The notes under the pieces were generated by a model. That model was not told the origin of the DNA. It worked only from the letters and a program-made list of their open reading frames with translations, and made no database searches. Below are positions 48,449-60,641 of a stretch of DNA of 64,000 nt, one piece after another. Source of the stretch: Macrostomum hystrix (taxonomy: Eukaryota; Animalia; Platyhelminthes); the NCBI GenBank assembly GCA_950097015.1, contig CATNEN010000030.1:2666001-2730000 (forward strand). The letters run 5' to 3'. Made by a program: the position numbers and the translations under genes. Every line of letters begins with the position of its first letter. Positions within the stretch are counted from its first letter, which is position 1.

Positions 48449-49107
48449 GCTTATTCCCATTATCCCGTGCCGATAATTTCAATTTTATCCACACGGAGCT
48501 GTGCCAATAATTTTCTGTTTATCCACATGGCAGCTTGTATGAATAGGTCTAAAACTCTTTATATATGCCATGCCGTTAATTTCAATTTTATCCATGTGGT
48601 TCTGTTCTTTGAAATGAGGCCCTTTCGGGTTTGAATGTTTTGCTGAACCCTCAAGCCAATAGATTGACAAAGTTCCCAGTGGTTTATGACAGTGTTCTAC
48701 ATTTTGACCTACATATTCATTAACCGACATTAGTGTCATCCTTTTTAATTTTTGTAATAACAACTTACTAAATCTTTTGTCATCGTTATGTGTTTTCATT
48801 CGAATGGTATTGACTTAGAAAGTAAGAAGTCAATCGAAGAAAATCATATGAGTCAACCAGCAGAATTCTAGTCAGCACCAAACTCATGACACATATTATA
48901 CATCATTTTTATTATTTTACACTATGCATTGATAGTGTACACTACACACTATACTCTGAAGCAAAATCCTTATGCTCAGAGAAGAATAGGTAGGGACTTG
49001 AAAGTAGACCTATTCATACAAGCTGCTGTGTGGATAAGCAGAAAATTATTAGCACTGATCCATGTAGATAAATTTGAAATTATTGGCACGGGACCGTGGG
49101 AATAAGC
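48449..49107. mobile_element. MITE-like element with ~100-bp imperfect TIRs
   Basis: 48449-48551 aligns to the reverse complement of 49005-49107 (gcttattccca...cagcttgtatgaataggtcta). No clear TSD. Confidence 0.72.
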
Positions 49108-50660
49108 ATTTCCATTTAAATAACCAAAAAACCTATAAAAATAAAAATGTGAATAGTTCTATAAAATTGTCAAGTCCTATCCCTACATCCCTATATCCCC
49201 TCAGAAGATATTCTGAGGCTGTTTGATTACGTTATAGGCTGTTTGAACTAGGTATAGCCTATCCTATATCGTAACCCTCTGATTTTTCATTTTTGGGCCC
49301 CTTACTTTATTAGGTTGATAGGGCCTACTTGTTACTAATTCAATTTACTTACTTTAACTTAAATCTATAAATGTTTAGCATTTTTTGTAAGTTTTAATAA
49401 AATTTCTGAGTGTTAAACAATCAAACTGGAAGGAATGATGCTATCATACAAAAAAGTTTCTAAAAACTTAGAATTGTTCCATTTTTATTCATTTGGCCTT
49501 TTATGCATGCAAATATCATGCCATTAAAAGGGAACATGGATAGTGATACAAAATAACTAAAAGTGTAATTACAAATTAGTTATGAATGATGTCTTGACTC
49601 TTGCCAATTTGCCTAGACTGCTTTGCCCCTGTAGGCCATTTAGAAGAACATGTGCATATGCTCTAATGTTTGATATTGGCACTTACTACAGTTGAGACTA
49701 GTGCCCCAATAGCTAAAACAATTGCTTTTTGATTAATAAAAGGCCAACCCCTTAGTCATAATTTATTGTCCCCAGTTACAATTTGTGGCTAAGGCTATGC
49801 TGAAAAATCTTTTTTTGTAACAATGTGACTTTATGGTTTTCTTATATTACTTGGTAAAGCTCTTCTGATTGAAGATCATGATAAAATATTTATAGGAATG
49901 CAGTGTGAAGTTATACCGTATATTCATCTATAAGTTTGTTTGTAATTATATTACAAGATTATTGCATTCATTTATTACAATTTTTTTGCATATTATACAT
50001 ATATCCCCATATGTCTCCCACAGAAAATTCTACTTTTGCTAATACTTCATTGGCAACCCCCATATGTTTAATTTGTCATACTACGTAGGTAGTAGATTTG
50101 GATATAAAATGAAAAACATCTAGAAAGAACAGGTAAATATCACTTAATGTCTAAATTATTGTGTCGTAATAATCACGCTATAAATTTAGATTCTTAGTAA
50201 AAAGATCTGATTGATGTATTTTTAGGATACCACAAAGTAGAAAGGCACTTTTTCATCAAGAAAATGTAATTGTAACAAGATAGTTTAGAAATGAATTTGT
50301 TGAAGTTTATTTAAATTAGCCAGATCCAGTCTGTATTGGTAGCTTTTTGTATTTTGTATAATAGTATTAGCATGTAAGTTTTACAATTTAGCTCAAATAT
50401 ACTCTACACACAGTAAGCAGATTGTGACATGGCATGCTTGTATGTATTGTAAATATTGGGTTAAATAGTTTATTATCAATGCTGTTTTCTAAAATCCAAT
50501 GCTAATAACCTTAAGTTCACCTGCTAGTAAAGATCTAGATAGATCTTTATAAAGGCTATTTCAAACTATACTCAAAGTTTAGCAGGTATAGTCTAGAATA
50601 TGTGATGGCAAATATTTAGCTGGCAGAATTGTGTAAATTTATCGAATTTCCTATTTGCAG

Positions 50661-51200
50661 GACTCAGACGAGCACTCTGGCTCCGGCTTCGGAGCAGCAA
50701 CGCCTGGCGCAGCGGGCGGCGGTGCGGCTGGAGGCGGCGGCAGCCTCGATGACAGCCGGCCAGTTGGGCGGTGTTCGCCAATTCGTGACCAGGACCGCTT
50801 CCTGCCCATAGCCAACATATCTAAGATTATGAAGCGCACAATACCGGAGACTGGCAAGATTACCAAGGAGGCCAAGGAGTGCGTACAGGAGTGCGTATCC
50901 GAGTTCATCTCGTTTGTCACCTCCGAGGCTTCGGACAGGTGCCAGGAGGAGAAGCGGAAGACAATGAACGGTGAGGATATTCTCACGGCGATGCAGGCTG
51001 TGGGACTGGACAGCTACATTGAGCCATTGAAGCTCTACCTGATGAAATATCGAGAGGCCAACAAGCTGGAGGCGGCCAATGAGAGAGCCGCTAATCCACA
51101 GGCTGGCGGCGCTGCCGGTTCCGCTGGCGGCGGCGACGATGGCAGTGGTCTAGGCGGTGGCGGCGACGGCACACAAACTGTTTATGTCTCATTCAACTGA
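50661..51200 (+). CDS. NFYB: Nuclear transcription factor Y subunit B (histone-fold CCAAT-binding factor); start codon not in this exon
   Basis: [17 protein letters not shown]...[61 protein letters not shown]. The exon begins at acceptor ctatttgcag|GAC (50661); TGA ends at 51200. Confidence 0.95.
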   Translation, partial: DSDEHSGSGFGAATPGAAGGGAAGGGGSLDDSRPVGRCSPIRDQDRFLPIANISKIMKRTIPETGKITKEAKECVQECVSEFISFVTSEASDRCQEEKRKTMNGEDILTAMQAVGLDSYIEPLKLYLMKYREANKLEAANERAANPQAGGAAGSAGGGDDGSGLGGGGDGTQTVYVSFN

Positions 51201-52225
51201 CTCAGTGCTGGGCTGAGCTAGCCTGATTCCAGCTGCATCTGAATGCTGACGTCCTCACTATGGTCACTGCAGTTAGCCTAATTTATAATTGTCAAATCAT
51301 TATATGTGTAGATATTGGCGTTACATACGGTAGCTTCTGTAATTTTATAATGCCCAACCACACCTTGTATTGAATGTTGCTTTACTGTGCTTATCAGAAT
51401 TGTTTTCATTGTGTTTAAATATTTGTGTTTCTGCGAATTGTAATTGAAATTTGTATTTAAGCATTAGTTTCTCTCAAATCAAAAATTGTTTCCTTACTGT
51501 TGTTCATTTTTAGCTATGAAATTAAACACACACACATCATTGTCTGTTTTCTCCAGATCAATCTCTGCATTTCTTCGCAATCCCCCATATTATTATTGGC
51601 TGCTTTAGTTTATCTATCCATCATTGTTTTTGTTAACTTACATTGCTAACAGTTTTTGGGTTGTTCGCTAGCCCATTGTTTTTTGCTGCGGATTTCTTGA
51701 TGTCGTTTCTTACTGTTCTTATGTTTGTTAGGAACTAATTATTATCAATAATAATAGTAATGTCTGAAATGATGCACACAGTTGCACTGGCTTCTGTAGC
51801 GATTTGTACAGTTCAACTGCCCAGATGTAAGCTTTATTTATTTAATGTGGTTGATAAGATTTGCGTGTTTTAAGGTTGATTTTCTGGACACTACTATGAG
51901 TAAGCAATCTCTAATATTTGGGTCCTTAACAGCAGAAAGAAAACGCTGTTTTTCCGCCTGGGTCAAGACAACGGGGTTGTTTCAAATACAAATTTAACCT
52001 GGCAAGTTTACCTACCTGAGTCGAAGACCCTGGCAACAAGGACAAATAACATTGCTTTGTATAAACCTCTTTGGTGAATCCATATCGGTTTAAAATCGTA
52101 TAAATTAACAATATTGTTTAAAATAGATAGTTTTTATATTGTAGCAAATATAACGGTCCTATTGTAATATAATTCGGTGACAAATCGGGGTCTGTAATAG
52201 GAAATTGTGCTCCATTCCAGACAGA

Positions 52226-54994
52226 ATGCCGGACTACTGCCAGTGCAATGCTTCGTCCACACCACTGGCCTCCGTCTATGCTGCCGGCTTAAAGGTGGCC
52301 CGTGTAAATCAGTCGCATGTACGCGAGCTGTTCTCTCTAGCTGGCCGAGTTGTTGGCGTTCGCATCTGTATGCCTAAACGCGATTCTAATCAGACGTAAG
52401 GTTGCTCAGCATTTGTGATTTCTCATACCAGTTTGTGCTGTGTTTCTTGGACCAGTTTATGCTGTGTTTCTGGGACCAGTTTATGCTGTGTTTCTGGGAC
52501 CAGTTTATGCTGTGTTTCTGGGACCAGTTTATGCTGTGTTTCTGGGACCAGTTTATGCTGTGTTTCTAGGACCAGTTTATGCTGTGTTTCTGGGACCAGT
52601 TTATGCTGTGTTTCTGGGACCAGTTTATGCTGTGTTTCTGGGACCAGTTTATGCTGTGTTTCTGGGACCAGTTTGTGCTGTGTTTCTGGGACCAGTTTAT
52701 GCTGTGTTTCTGGGACCAGTTTATGCTGTGTTTCTGGGACCAGTTTATGCTGTGTTTCTGGGACCAGTTTATGCTGTGTTTCTGGGACCAGTTCATGCTG
52801 TGTTTTTGAGACCAGTTTATGCTGTGTTTCTGGGACCAGTTTATGCTGTGTTTCTGGGACCAGTTTGTGCTGTGTTTCTGGGACCAGTTTATGCTGTGTT
52901 TCTGGGACCAGTTTATGCTGTGTTTCTGGGACCAGTTTGTGCTGTGTTTCTGGGACCAGTTTATGCTGTGTTTCTGGGACCAGTTTATGCTGTGTTTCTG
53001 GGACCAGTTTATGCTGTGTTTCTGGGACCAGTTTATGCTGTGTTTCTGGGACCAGTTCATGCTGTGTTTTTGAGACCAGTTTATGCTGTGTTTCTGGGAC
53101 CAGTTTATGCTGTGTTTCTGGGACCAGTTTGTGCTGTGTTTCTGGGACCAGTTTATGCTGTGTTTCTGGGACCAGTTTATGCTGTGTTTCTGGGACCAGT
53201 TTATGCTGTGTTTCTGGGAACGGTTTATGCTGTGTTTCTGAGAATGTTTCTGGGAACAGTTTATGCTGTGTTTCTGGGACCAGTTTATGCTGTGTTTCTG
53301 GGACCAGTTTATGCTGTGTTTCTGGGAACAGTTTATGCTGTGTTTCTGAGAATGTTTCTGGGATCAGTTTATGCTGTGTTTCTCGGACCAGTTTATGCTG
53401 TGTTTCTAAGAATGTTTATGGGACCAGTTTGCTAAAAAAGTTTCTGATGCTCAATGGAAGCAATTTCTGCTGTTCTTGGAAGCAGTTTCTGCTGTTCTTG
53501 GAAGCAGTTTCTGCTGTTCTTGGAAGCAGTTTCTGCTGTTCTGGGAAGCAGTTTCTGCTGTTCTGGGAAGCAGTTTCTGAGAAAGAAGAGTTAGAAATAC
53601 TTTTGGCTGCTGAGTTAGACGCGTTGAAACCTCCTGGTGGTACAATAGCAAGTTAGATAAGTTTATATAAAAAATATCAAAGCCATGCATCGCCTGGTCC
53701 TCGCCTGCACAATTCAGACTAGGCTACGCCTTCATCGACTTCGCCTGTCCTCACGGCGCCTACGCCGCCGTTCTGCGCTTCAACGGGGTTGAGCTTCGCG
53801 GCAGCAGCCTTCAAGTCCGGCTGGCTGAGACCGGCCTGCGAACCTGTCTAGTGCCGACGCGCTGGTCGCTGACTAGCGGCGATAAAGTCAAACGTGACCA
53901 ATCGAGAGAGTCTAGCATCTACATGGTGAATGCGCGCGCTATTAGCCGATCTCACCTGTACACTGAGATTCTCAAATTAGTGAAGCCCTTGGCTCCTATT
54001 AAAGAGATTAAAATTAATTGGAATCCGTGCCGTAATCTGTGGAACGCGTTTGTTTATTCGCCTGGTGAGTAGTTGATCTAGATTCATTCAGTTTCCTTTT
54101 ACAAGAACACAAATCGTCTGCTTTGATAAGTCCGAAGCTTTAACCACAGAGTTTTTAAGTTCCTTTATTTCATAAAACCCATTTATTTGGCTTGTTAAAC
54201 CAACTGGTTTGGGAGCTATCGTGAAGTAGGCAGTGGGTATTTGAAATAACCCAGCGGTTTTTCTACTGTTAAAAAGAAGGCTTTGTGCGTAAGTTTGGTC
54301 TCGCTGCAGATACGAACCCAGTACCTTAGGTGTGCTTTTATCCTCCGGCCTCTCAGACCCCAGCTTTGCCGAGCGCGCCGTAGCCCGGCTGAAAGGTATC
54401 CGCCTGCTGGACTCCGAAGTCGATGTCGGCGCCTTCAAGCCGTGCAAGTCGCGCCAGATCGCTCTGACGCCCAGCCAGCCGGCGAAGTTGCCAGGCGGCC
54501 AGCTGCTGTGCCTGCCAACTGAGGACGAGGAGCTTCATCGGCGCCGTCTGGCCGCCGAGTCTGGCATCGGCACAGGCAGAGATAATCCGCTACTGATGAA
54601 CAGTCGGGCTAGTCAGCGACTTAAGCGAGTCGCGCATCAGTTAGCCGACCTGCTGAAGTTGCCGCCCATCCAGACCTACCGCCTGCTGCTGCTGCCAGAC
54701 ACTGAGCCCCCGCCGCCGCCGCCTCCCTTGACAAATTCGAATAAGTCGCCGAAGACGCTCCTGAGATCAAAGAGTGCGGATCAGAAGCCCTGTTCAGGCG
54801 CCGTGTCATCGACCTCTCTTTCGCGGCTGGCCGGTTCAACTGACGACGCCATCGAGCAGTTGGAGCTCAATTATCGTCTGTTTTGCGCTGAGGAGCACTT
54901 TGCCCGCTCATCGGACCTGCTGGCCGCGCACTGCCGCGAAGATCAGCTTGTCGCCGGTGTTGCCGCTACCGAACCGTCAGAGAAGCTGATTTGA
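52226..54994 (+). CDS. RNA-binding protein with two RRMs and a low-complexity tail, ~384 aa (exons 52226-52395, 53718-54064, 54357-54994)
   Basis: RNP2-like SVYAAGL, ELFSLAGRVVGVRI, RNP1 LGYAFIDF, NGVELRG; a second degenerate RRM (SIYMVN...AERAVARLKG). GT-AG phases consistent. Confidence 0.8.
52432..53580. repeat. Intronic minisatellites: 24-bp unit (gtttatgctgtgtttctgggacca) and 21-bp unit (gaagcagtttctgctgttctg)
   Basis: About 41 copies at 52432-53432 and about 6 copies at 53455-53580 in RRM intron 1. Confidence 0.95.
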
Positions 54995-55194
54995 ACTCGT
55001 GTTGCATTCTGTTTTTAGATATTTGCTTCGTTTTTCGCAGCTGTTCTTGTTGTTGTTGCTGTTGTTGTTGTTGTTGTTGTTGTGCTTTGGGCTTCTAACC
55101 TATTATTACCTTGGAGTTTCATTAGAGTATGGCTAGATTGACCAAGCGTGGCTAGATTGGTTCTCGATATTTGTCTGTCAGTCATTTTTAATTT

Positions 55195-56350
55195 TAGGCT
55201 ACAACCCCCTACTAGGCTACAACGCCTACTAGGTTGCAACCCCTACTAGGCTACAAACCCCTACTAGGCTGCAACCCCTACTAGGCTACAACCCCCTACT
55301 AGGCTACAACCCCCTACTAGGCTGCAACCCCTACTAGGCTACAACCCCCTACTAGGCTACAACGCCTACTAGGCTGCAACCCCTACTAGGCTGCAACCCC
55401 TACTAGGCTGCAACCCCTACTAGGCTACAACCCCCTACTAGGCTACAACCCCCTACTAGGTTGCAACCCCTACTAGGCTACAAACCCCTACTAGGCTGCA
55501 ACCCCTACTAGGCTACAAACCCCTACTAGGCTGCAACCCCTACTAGGCTGCAACCCCTACTAGGCTGCAACCCCTACTAGGCTACAACCCCCTACTAGGC
55601 TACAACCCCCTACTAGGTTGCAACCCCTACTAGGCTACAAACCCCTACTAGGCTGCAACCCCTACTAGGCTACAAACCCCTACTAGGCTGCAACCCCTAC
55701 TAGGCTACAACCCCCTACTAGGCTACAACCCCCTACTAGGCTGCAACCCCTACTAGGCTGCAACCCCTACTAGGCTACAACCCCCTACTAGGCTGCAACC
55801 CCTACTAGGCTACAAACCCCTACTAGGCTGCAACCCCTACTAGGCTACAACCCCCTACTAGGCTACAACCCCCTACTAGGCTGCAACCCCTACTAGGCTA
55901 CAAGTCCTACAACCCCCTACTAGGCTGCAACCCCTACTAGGCTACAACCCCCTACTAGGCTACAACCACCTACTAGGTTGCAACCCCTACTAGGCTACAA
56001 CCCCTACTAGGCTGCAACCCCTACTAGGCTACAAGTCCTACAACCCCCTACTAGGCTGCAACCCCTACTAGGCTACAACCCCTACTAGGCTACAACGCCT
56101 ACTAGGTTGCAACCCTTACTAGGCTACAAACCCCTACTAGGCTGCAACCCCTACTAGGCTACAACCCCTACTAGGCTACAAACCCCTACTAGGCTGCAAC
56201 CCCTACTAGGCTGCAACCCCTACTAGGCTACAACCCCCTACTAGGCTACAACCCCCTACTAGGCTACAACCCCCTACTAGGCTGCAATCCAGGCTGCAAC
56301 CCCCTACTAGGCTGAAACCCCCCACTAGGATGCAACCCTCACTAGGCTAC
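55195..56350. repeat. Minisatellite, 17-18-bp unit (ctactaggctacaaccc)
   Basis: About 65 variant copies. Confidence 0.95.
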
Positions 56351-56364
56351 ATAAAACAATATTT

Positions 56365-56810
56365 AAAAACACAAAAAATCGGCATCGTCGAGATGTTTAA
56401 CGATTTTCGACGGGGTTTCTGATGGCAAAAACCACCAATAAAGGCATAATTTTTCTGCTCACAATACTTCATAATGTAACCATATCGGCTATTATTGTTG
56501 ATTATATTGATAATTTTTCATTTTAATCAACATGGATGCGCCATAGAGTTTAATGCAGACCAATGATAGCTGTCCTTGTCACCAGGGTCTTCGACGAGAA
56601 TCGCTGAATATCTCGCCGATGCTGACGTCGGACGGGTTAGATAGTTACGAGTTCATTGTAATGGGAGGAAAATTTTGTTAAAAGTGGTGGAATTTCACGA
56701 AAATCGGTCATTCGGTTTGGGAGCTGTCGTTAAGTAGGCAGTGGGTGTTTGAACTACACCTGTGGTCTTCTCCCAATGTGGAAATAGCGTGGCCTCTCCA
56801 TTGTTAAATG
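56365..56810. mobile_element. Dispersed repeat, family C, long form
   Basis: 56370-56510 aligns with 63555-63690; 56710-56810 aligns with 54200-54272; contains the aatttcacgaaaatcggtc motif. Confidence 0.65.
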
Positions 56811-57771
56811 TGTTTTGCACTCAAGTCATTTTTTTATTTTGTTTTTTAAACACCCTGCAGTTTCAAAAAAATTTATGTACGCTTAGCTCTACTTAAGTTA
56901 GTAGCGCGTTGCGAAACTTTCCGAGTTGCATTTGCTCTGCTGTTTTTGCTATATATACTTCAAGTAATACAATTTGTATATACATGGCCAGCTCAATTCA
57001 AATTTGTTTATTTAGTTCGTGAATACAAATTTCACACGGCAATATGTAAATAAACTTTGCATTTCTTCATAACTGAAATTATATTTAACGCTAAAAATAA
57101 TGTATGTCTTTGTATTTCCTTAATTATACTAATAAATGATATTTACCAGAGCAAGATACCGTAACCAAACTTGTTTACCGTACAGGCATGCACACTATAA
57201 AATAAACATCGTTAGCTAGCTACTGTACAAATCGAACACTTATTCTACATGCAATTTCTGTAATTAAAGCATTACTGCTAAACAGTATGAGTATGAGTCT
57301 ATTTTACCTGCTCAATGACATTCAAGAGGTAGATGAACAAAATCGGTTGTAGGTTAGTCACGCAACTACAGTAGATGGGTAAGAGAGAATCATATGAGGA
57401 AGAGTATGTGCTCAAATTGAGAATGCTATGTATGCTACCCCATTGCAGCAACTCCAAGACAAAATACTGTACTATAAACATAAAAATACTCAGTCCAATA
57501 CAGTGTAGCTAGTTTATTCCTACTGCTGCGTGAGGCCCCCGTACTGGCCTTCTTAGAAGTATCGAGCTTAACTCCATTTACAATTGTGTATCACAAATTA
57601 GTCTTGGTGCGTACTCCAAGTGCAGAATGAGAGAAAGCTTAGCTCTGAGTTCATAGGCAATATGGCTTGTGAGTGAGCAATTTAGACAGGCAAGATGCAA
57701 AACACTGGGTAAGCAGCAAAGATTTTATACTTATACGAGCATTATCAAAAACTTTTTACAGATCAATGTAA

Positions 57772-57985
57772 CTTGTTGACCAGTGGTTAAAACTTTGGAC
57801 TTTTGACAGAAGCGTCGTGAGTTCGAATCTCAGCCTAAGGGAAAACTGTTTATGGGTGTCAGCATCAGATGCGGTAGAAAGTCAGTTGGTATGGTGGCCT
57901 CGTCAGTCCATGGACAGAGCAGTTGTTCACAATAGCTGCGGCTGTGCCCCTTGCTGTACAGCTGGCTCAACTAGGGCTAAGTGCA
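57772..57985 (+). mobile_element. Diverged tRNA-derived SINE related to family A
   Basis: Box A tgaccagtggttaa, box B gagttcgaatctc; cagtccatggac and tagctgcggctgtg shared with the family A 3' part. Confidence 0.68.
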
Positions 57986-58072
57986 ATTTACGAGTATTTC
58001 TATCTGTCTAGTTTGATGCATAGGAGATAAGCAAATATAATGTATTTTATGTAGGAATGTAATGTGTATTAA

Positions 58073-58305
58073 CAGTAGGACTACCAAGCACCCGTTTTTA
58101 TACCAAGGGGAGAATTTCCTCCCCCCCCCCTGAAATTTTTGGCAGCGCCTGAATGCTAAAAGTGTTGGATATCTGGATGGTCTGAAGGCCTGGCGACTTG
58201 AATCTTGTTTCAGAAGATACACGTTCTTGAGTTTCGTGTGCTTGCGTTGCTCCGTTCAGGTGCAGCACAAAAAATAGTCGCCCCACACCCTTGGTAGTTC
58301 TACTG
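58073..58305. mobile_element. 233-bp MITE with 16-bp TIRs flanked by TTAA
   Basis: TTAA(58069-58072)-CAGTAGGACTACCAAG ... CTTGGTAGTTCTACTG-TTAA(58306-58309); one mismatch between the TIRs. Confidence 0.85.
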
Positions 58306-58525
58306 TTAAACAGGTATCTTTAAGTAATCATTTCCATATTTAGTGACTTTAGACTTTAGCAGATCTCATTTCGTGTCTGGTTCAGCTGAATAAGTCATAC
58401 TGTGTACACGTTTAACACCCGAATTGTGTTCCTAAAGAGGACCAGAGCTGGGTATAAATGTTTTGAACAAAAAGTTTACTCAAAATGTCAGACGCCATGG
58501 TAATCCGGCGCTGGCTGAGGTCTGC

Positions 58526-60641
58526 TCATGGTGAACTCCGTGTTGTAACGACTGACGCGCTTCGCCGTACCCGAAGCCGACGGTGCTGATGCGGATGACT
58601 GCCCGATTCCGTTAGAACCATTCGTCTGCCCATAGACCTTGAGGTTTCCTCTCTGCTGCTGATGCGTCTGAGGGTTTGCAGTAGATCATATTGTTGGGAT
58701 GAGAGGGACAATGGACACTACCATAAACAACAACAACAACAATAACAACACAAAGTTTCTTGATTAATTTTGACCTTTATACATTGATTGATTAAAGAAG
58801 GCTGTACTGGTCATGGATTGATTTCTTTAGAAATAGTTATATAGGCCATCCTATCACAGCCTAATCTCACCATCACCTGACTTAGGTTTGTCAGAAAAGT
58901 TAATAATAACTGTTGCAGTCAGGGCTGCGCGCAATGACACAACATTTGGTGACAGTGGACCCGCAGCCAGCGAGGAGGCAATTCTGTCTGTTCCACTGAC
59001 TCCTGAGCACACGCGCACTCAGATGCTATACGCAGGCACACAGGTGTGACTTTCTCATTGTCAGACAGTGTACACATTCACTGTGCATCGGAGGTTGGCC
59101 GTCAAGGGCGTAAATTGCACATGTGGCCTTGCCGCGGAACCGAGCCTAGCCCCTAAGTTAGGTGTGAGACTAGGTCTGAGTAGACTATAGCTCTAGCCTG
59201 AGTAACTAGCAAGAATTTCAGTACGCAAATAGTTATCCATTCCGTGAAGTTGATGTAGCTGCAAGCTACACAAGCCGATAGACCGAGAAGTTACAACGGG
59301 GTACAACTCACCTTGGCATAGGAATACTGCTGCAGAGGCTGGTAAGTGTGCATTTTTGTATCATTTTGAGCGAACGGGTGAATGCTTTTTCCATTGGCTT
59401 CTCCGACGCCGACGCCACCGCCGCCACCGCTTGGCGCTCGCGGTCTTAACTGTGACGTCGCTGTCATCGCTGACGGCGTAGCCGATGCTGATGAGCGAGA
59501 GCGCGACACGGAGCTGCGACTCGATGGCTTGATGTGCAGCAGGCGGCGCAGGGAGAAGCCTTTTCGAGAGGACGACTTGCTGCCGTTACCGACGACGCTG
59601 CCTCGGTTGGTGGCGACATCGGCTGCCTCTGAAGCAGGTATCCTTGTTGTCGCCTTTGACAGCTCATGCTGCCATTGTGTCGACTGCACACCGCGCTCAT
59701 TGGACATCGATGGTGATGCAACCAGAGGGCGAGTGTGAGCCATCCGATGTAGAACGGCTGGCTGCCGCCCGCTGAGCATTTCCTGACCATCCGAAGCGAC
59801 CACCGGCATAGGAACATGACCAGCCGGGTTGGGCCACGGTCCGCGTGGTCTTAAATTGAAGAGGACTCGACCGCCTCCCGTGTCCATCTGGAATGAGCAG
59901 CATTTACGAGTACAACTTGTACGCTTTATTCGTCTTTTTTTCTACTGTTCCATTCAGTAAATCTTTATTATTTGTCGTTTTTATTGCATCCCTGGTTGTG
60001 TAGCCTTTTAAAATACGTTTTCTACTTTTCTAGGGGGAGTCTAGCAGCCTCTAAAAAGACTGAAGATTCCATCAGAATCTGTGTGGATTCCATGAGAATC
60101 TGTGTAGATTCCATGAGAATCTGTGTGGATTCCATGAGAATCTGTGTGCATTCTATAAGAATATATGTGGATTCCATGAGAATCTGTGTGGATTCCATGA
60201 GAATCTGTGTGGATTCCATGAGAATCTGTGTGGATTCCATGAGAATCTGTGTGCATTCTATAAGAATATATGTGGATTCCATGAGAATCTGTGTGGATTC
60301 CATGAGAATCTGTGTGGATTCCATGAGAATCTGGATTCATTTTGAATCTTGTCTTCTCTCAAAAGTTGCCAAACCTCGAATTCTCTGTCAGCGTCGCTTC
60401 GTCCCAGTCCGTCGCCGAAGCTAATTCGTGCCTGGTCATCGCTGTGTCTCGCCCGCTTCTCTTCGACGAGCTCCCCAGGCAGTTGCAGCCAGGGGCCGCC
60501 GCCAAGCCGACATCCCGCACTAACGCCCGTAGCTTTTGCCGGCGCAGCGACGAGCGTCACGTCATCATAGCGACGTTCGTCTGCCGAGTTTGTCGGTGGA
60601 AATGACGACGCCCATGAGCGCCTGCTGTTGGCTGTCCACAT
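58526..60641 (-). CDS. Hypothetical low-complexity protein (candidate exons ~60641/60631-60375, 59887-59312, ~58717-58526)
   Basis: GC-rich open frames with GT-AG boundaries that join in phase 0; no recognisable domain; first and last exons uncertain. Confidence 0.45.
58900..59148 (-). mobile_element. SINE family B copy with internal deletions
   Basis: Tail and body match the reverse complement of 37327-37689. Confidence 0.85.
60072..60335. repeat. Intronic minisatellite, 21-bp unit (tgtgtggattccatgagaatc)
   Basis: About 12 copies. Confidence 0.93.

Noticed and set aside
48485-49040. TTATCCACA motifs identical to bacterial DnaA boxes (possible bacterial origin or contamination)
   Set aside because: They fall inside the TIRs of a MITE-like element in host-like DNA, with no bacterial genes nearby.
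54088-54447. 119-aa minus-strand ORF
   Set aside because: It spans an RRM intron containing a family C repeat fragment and has no recognisable motif.
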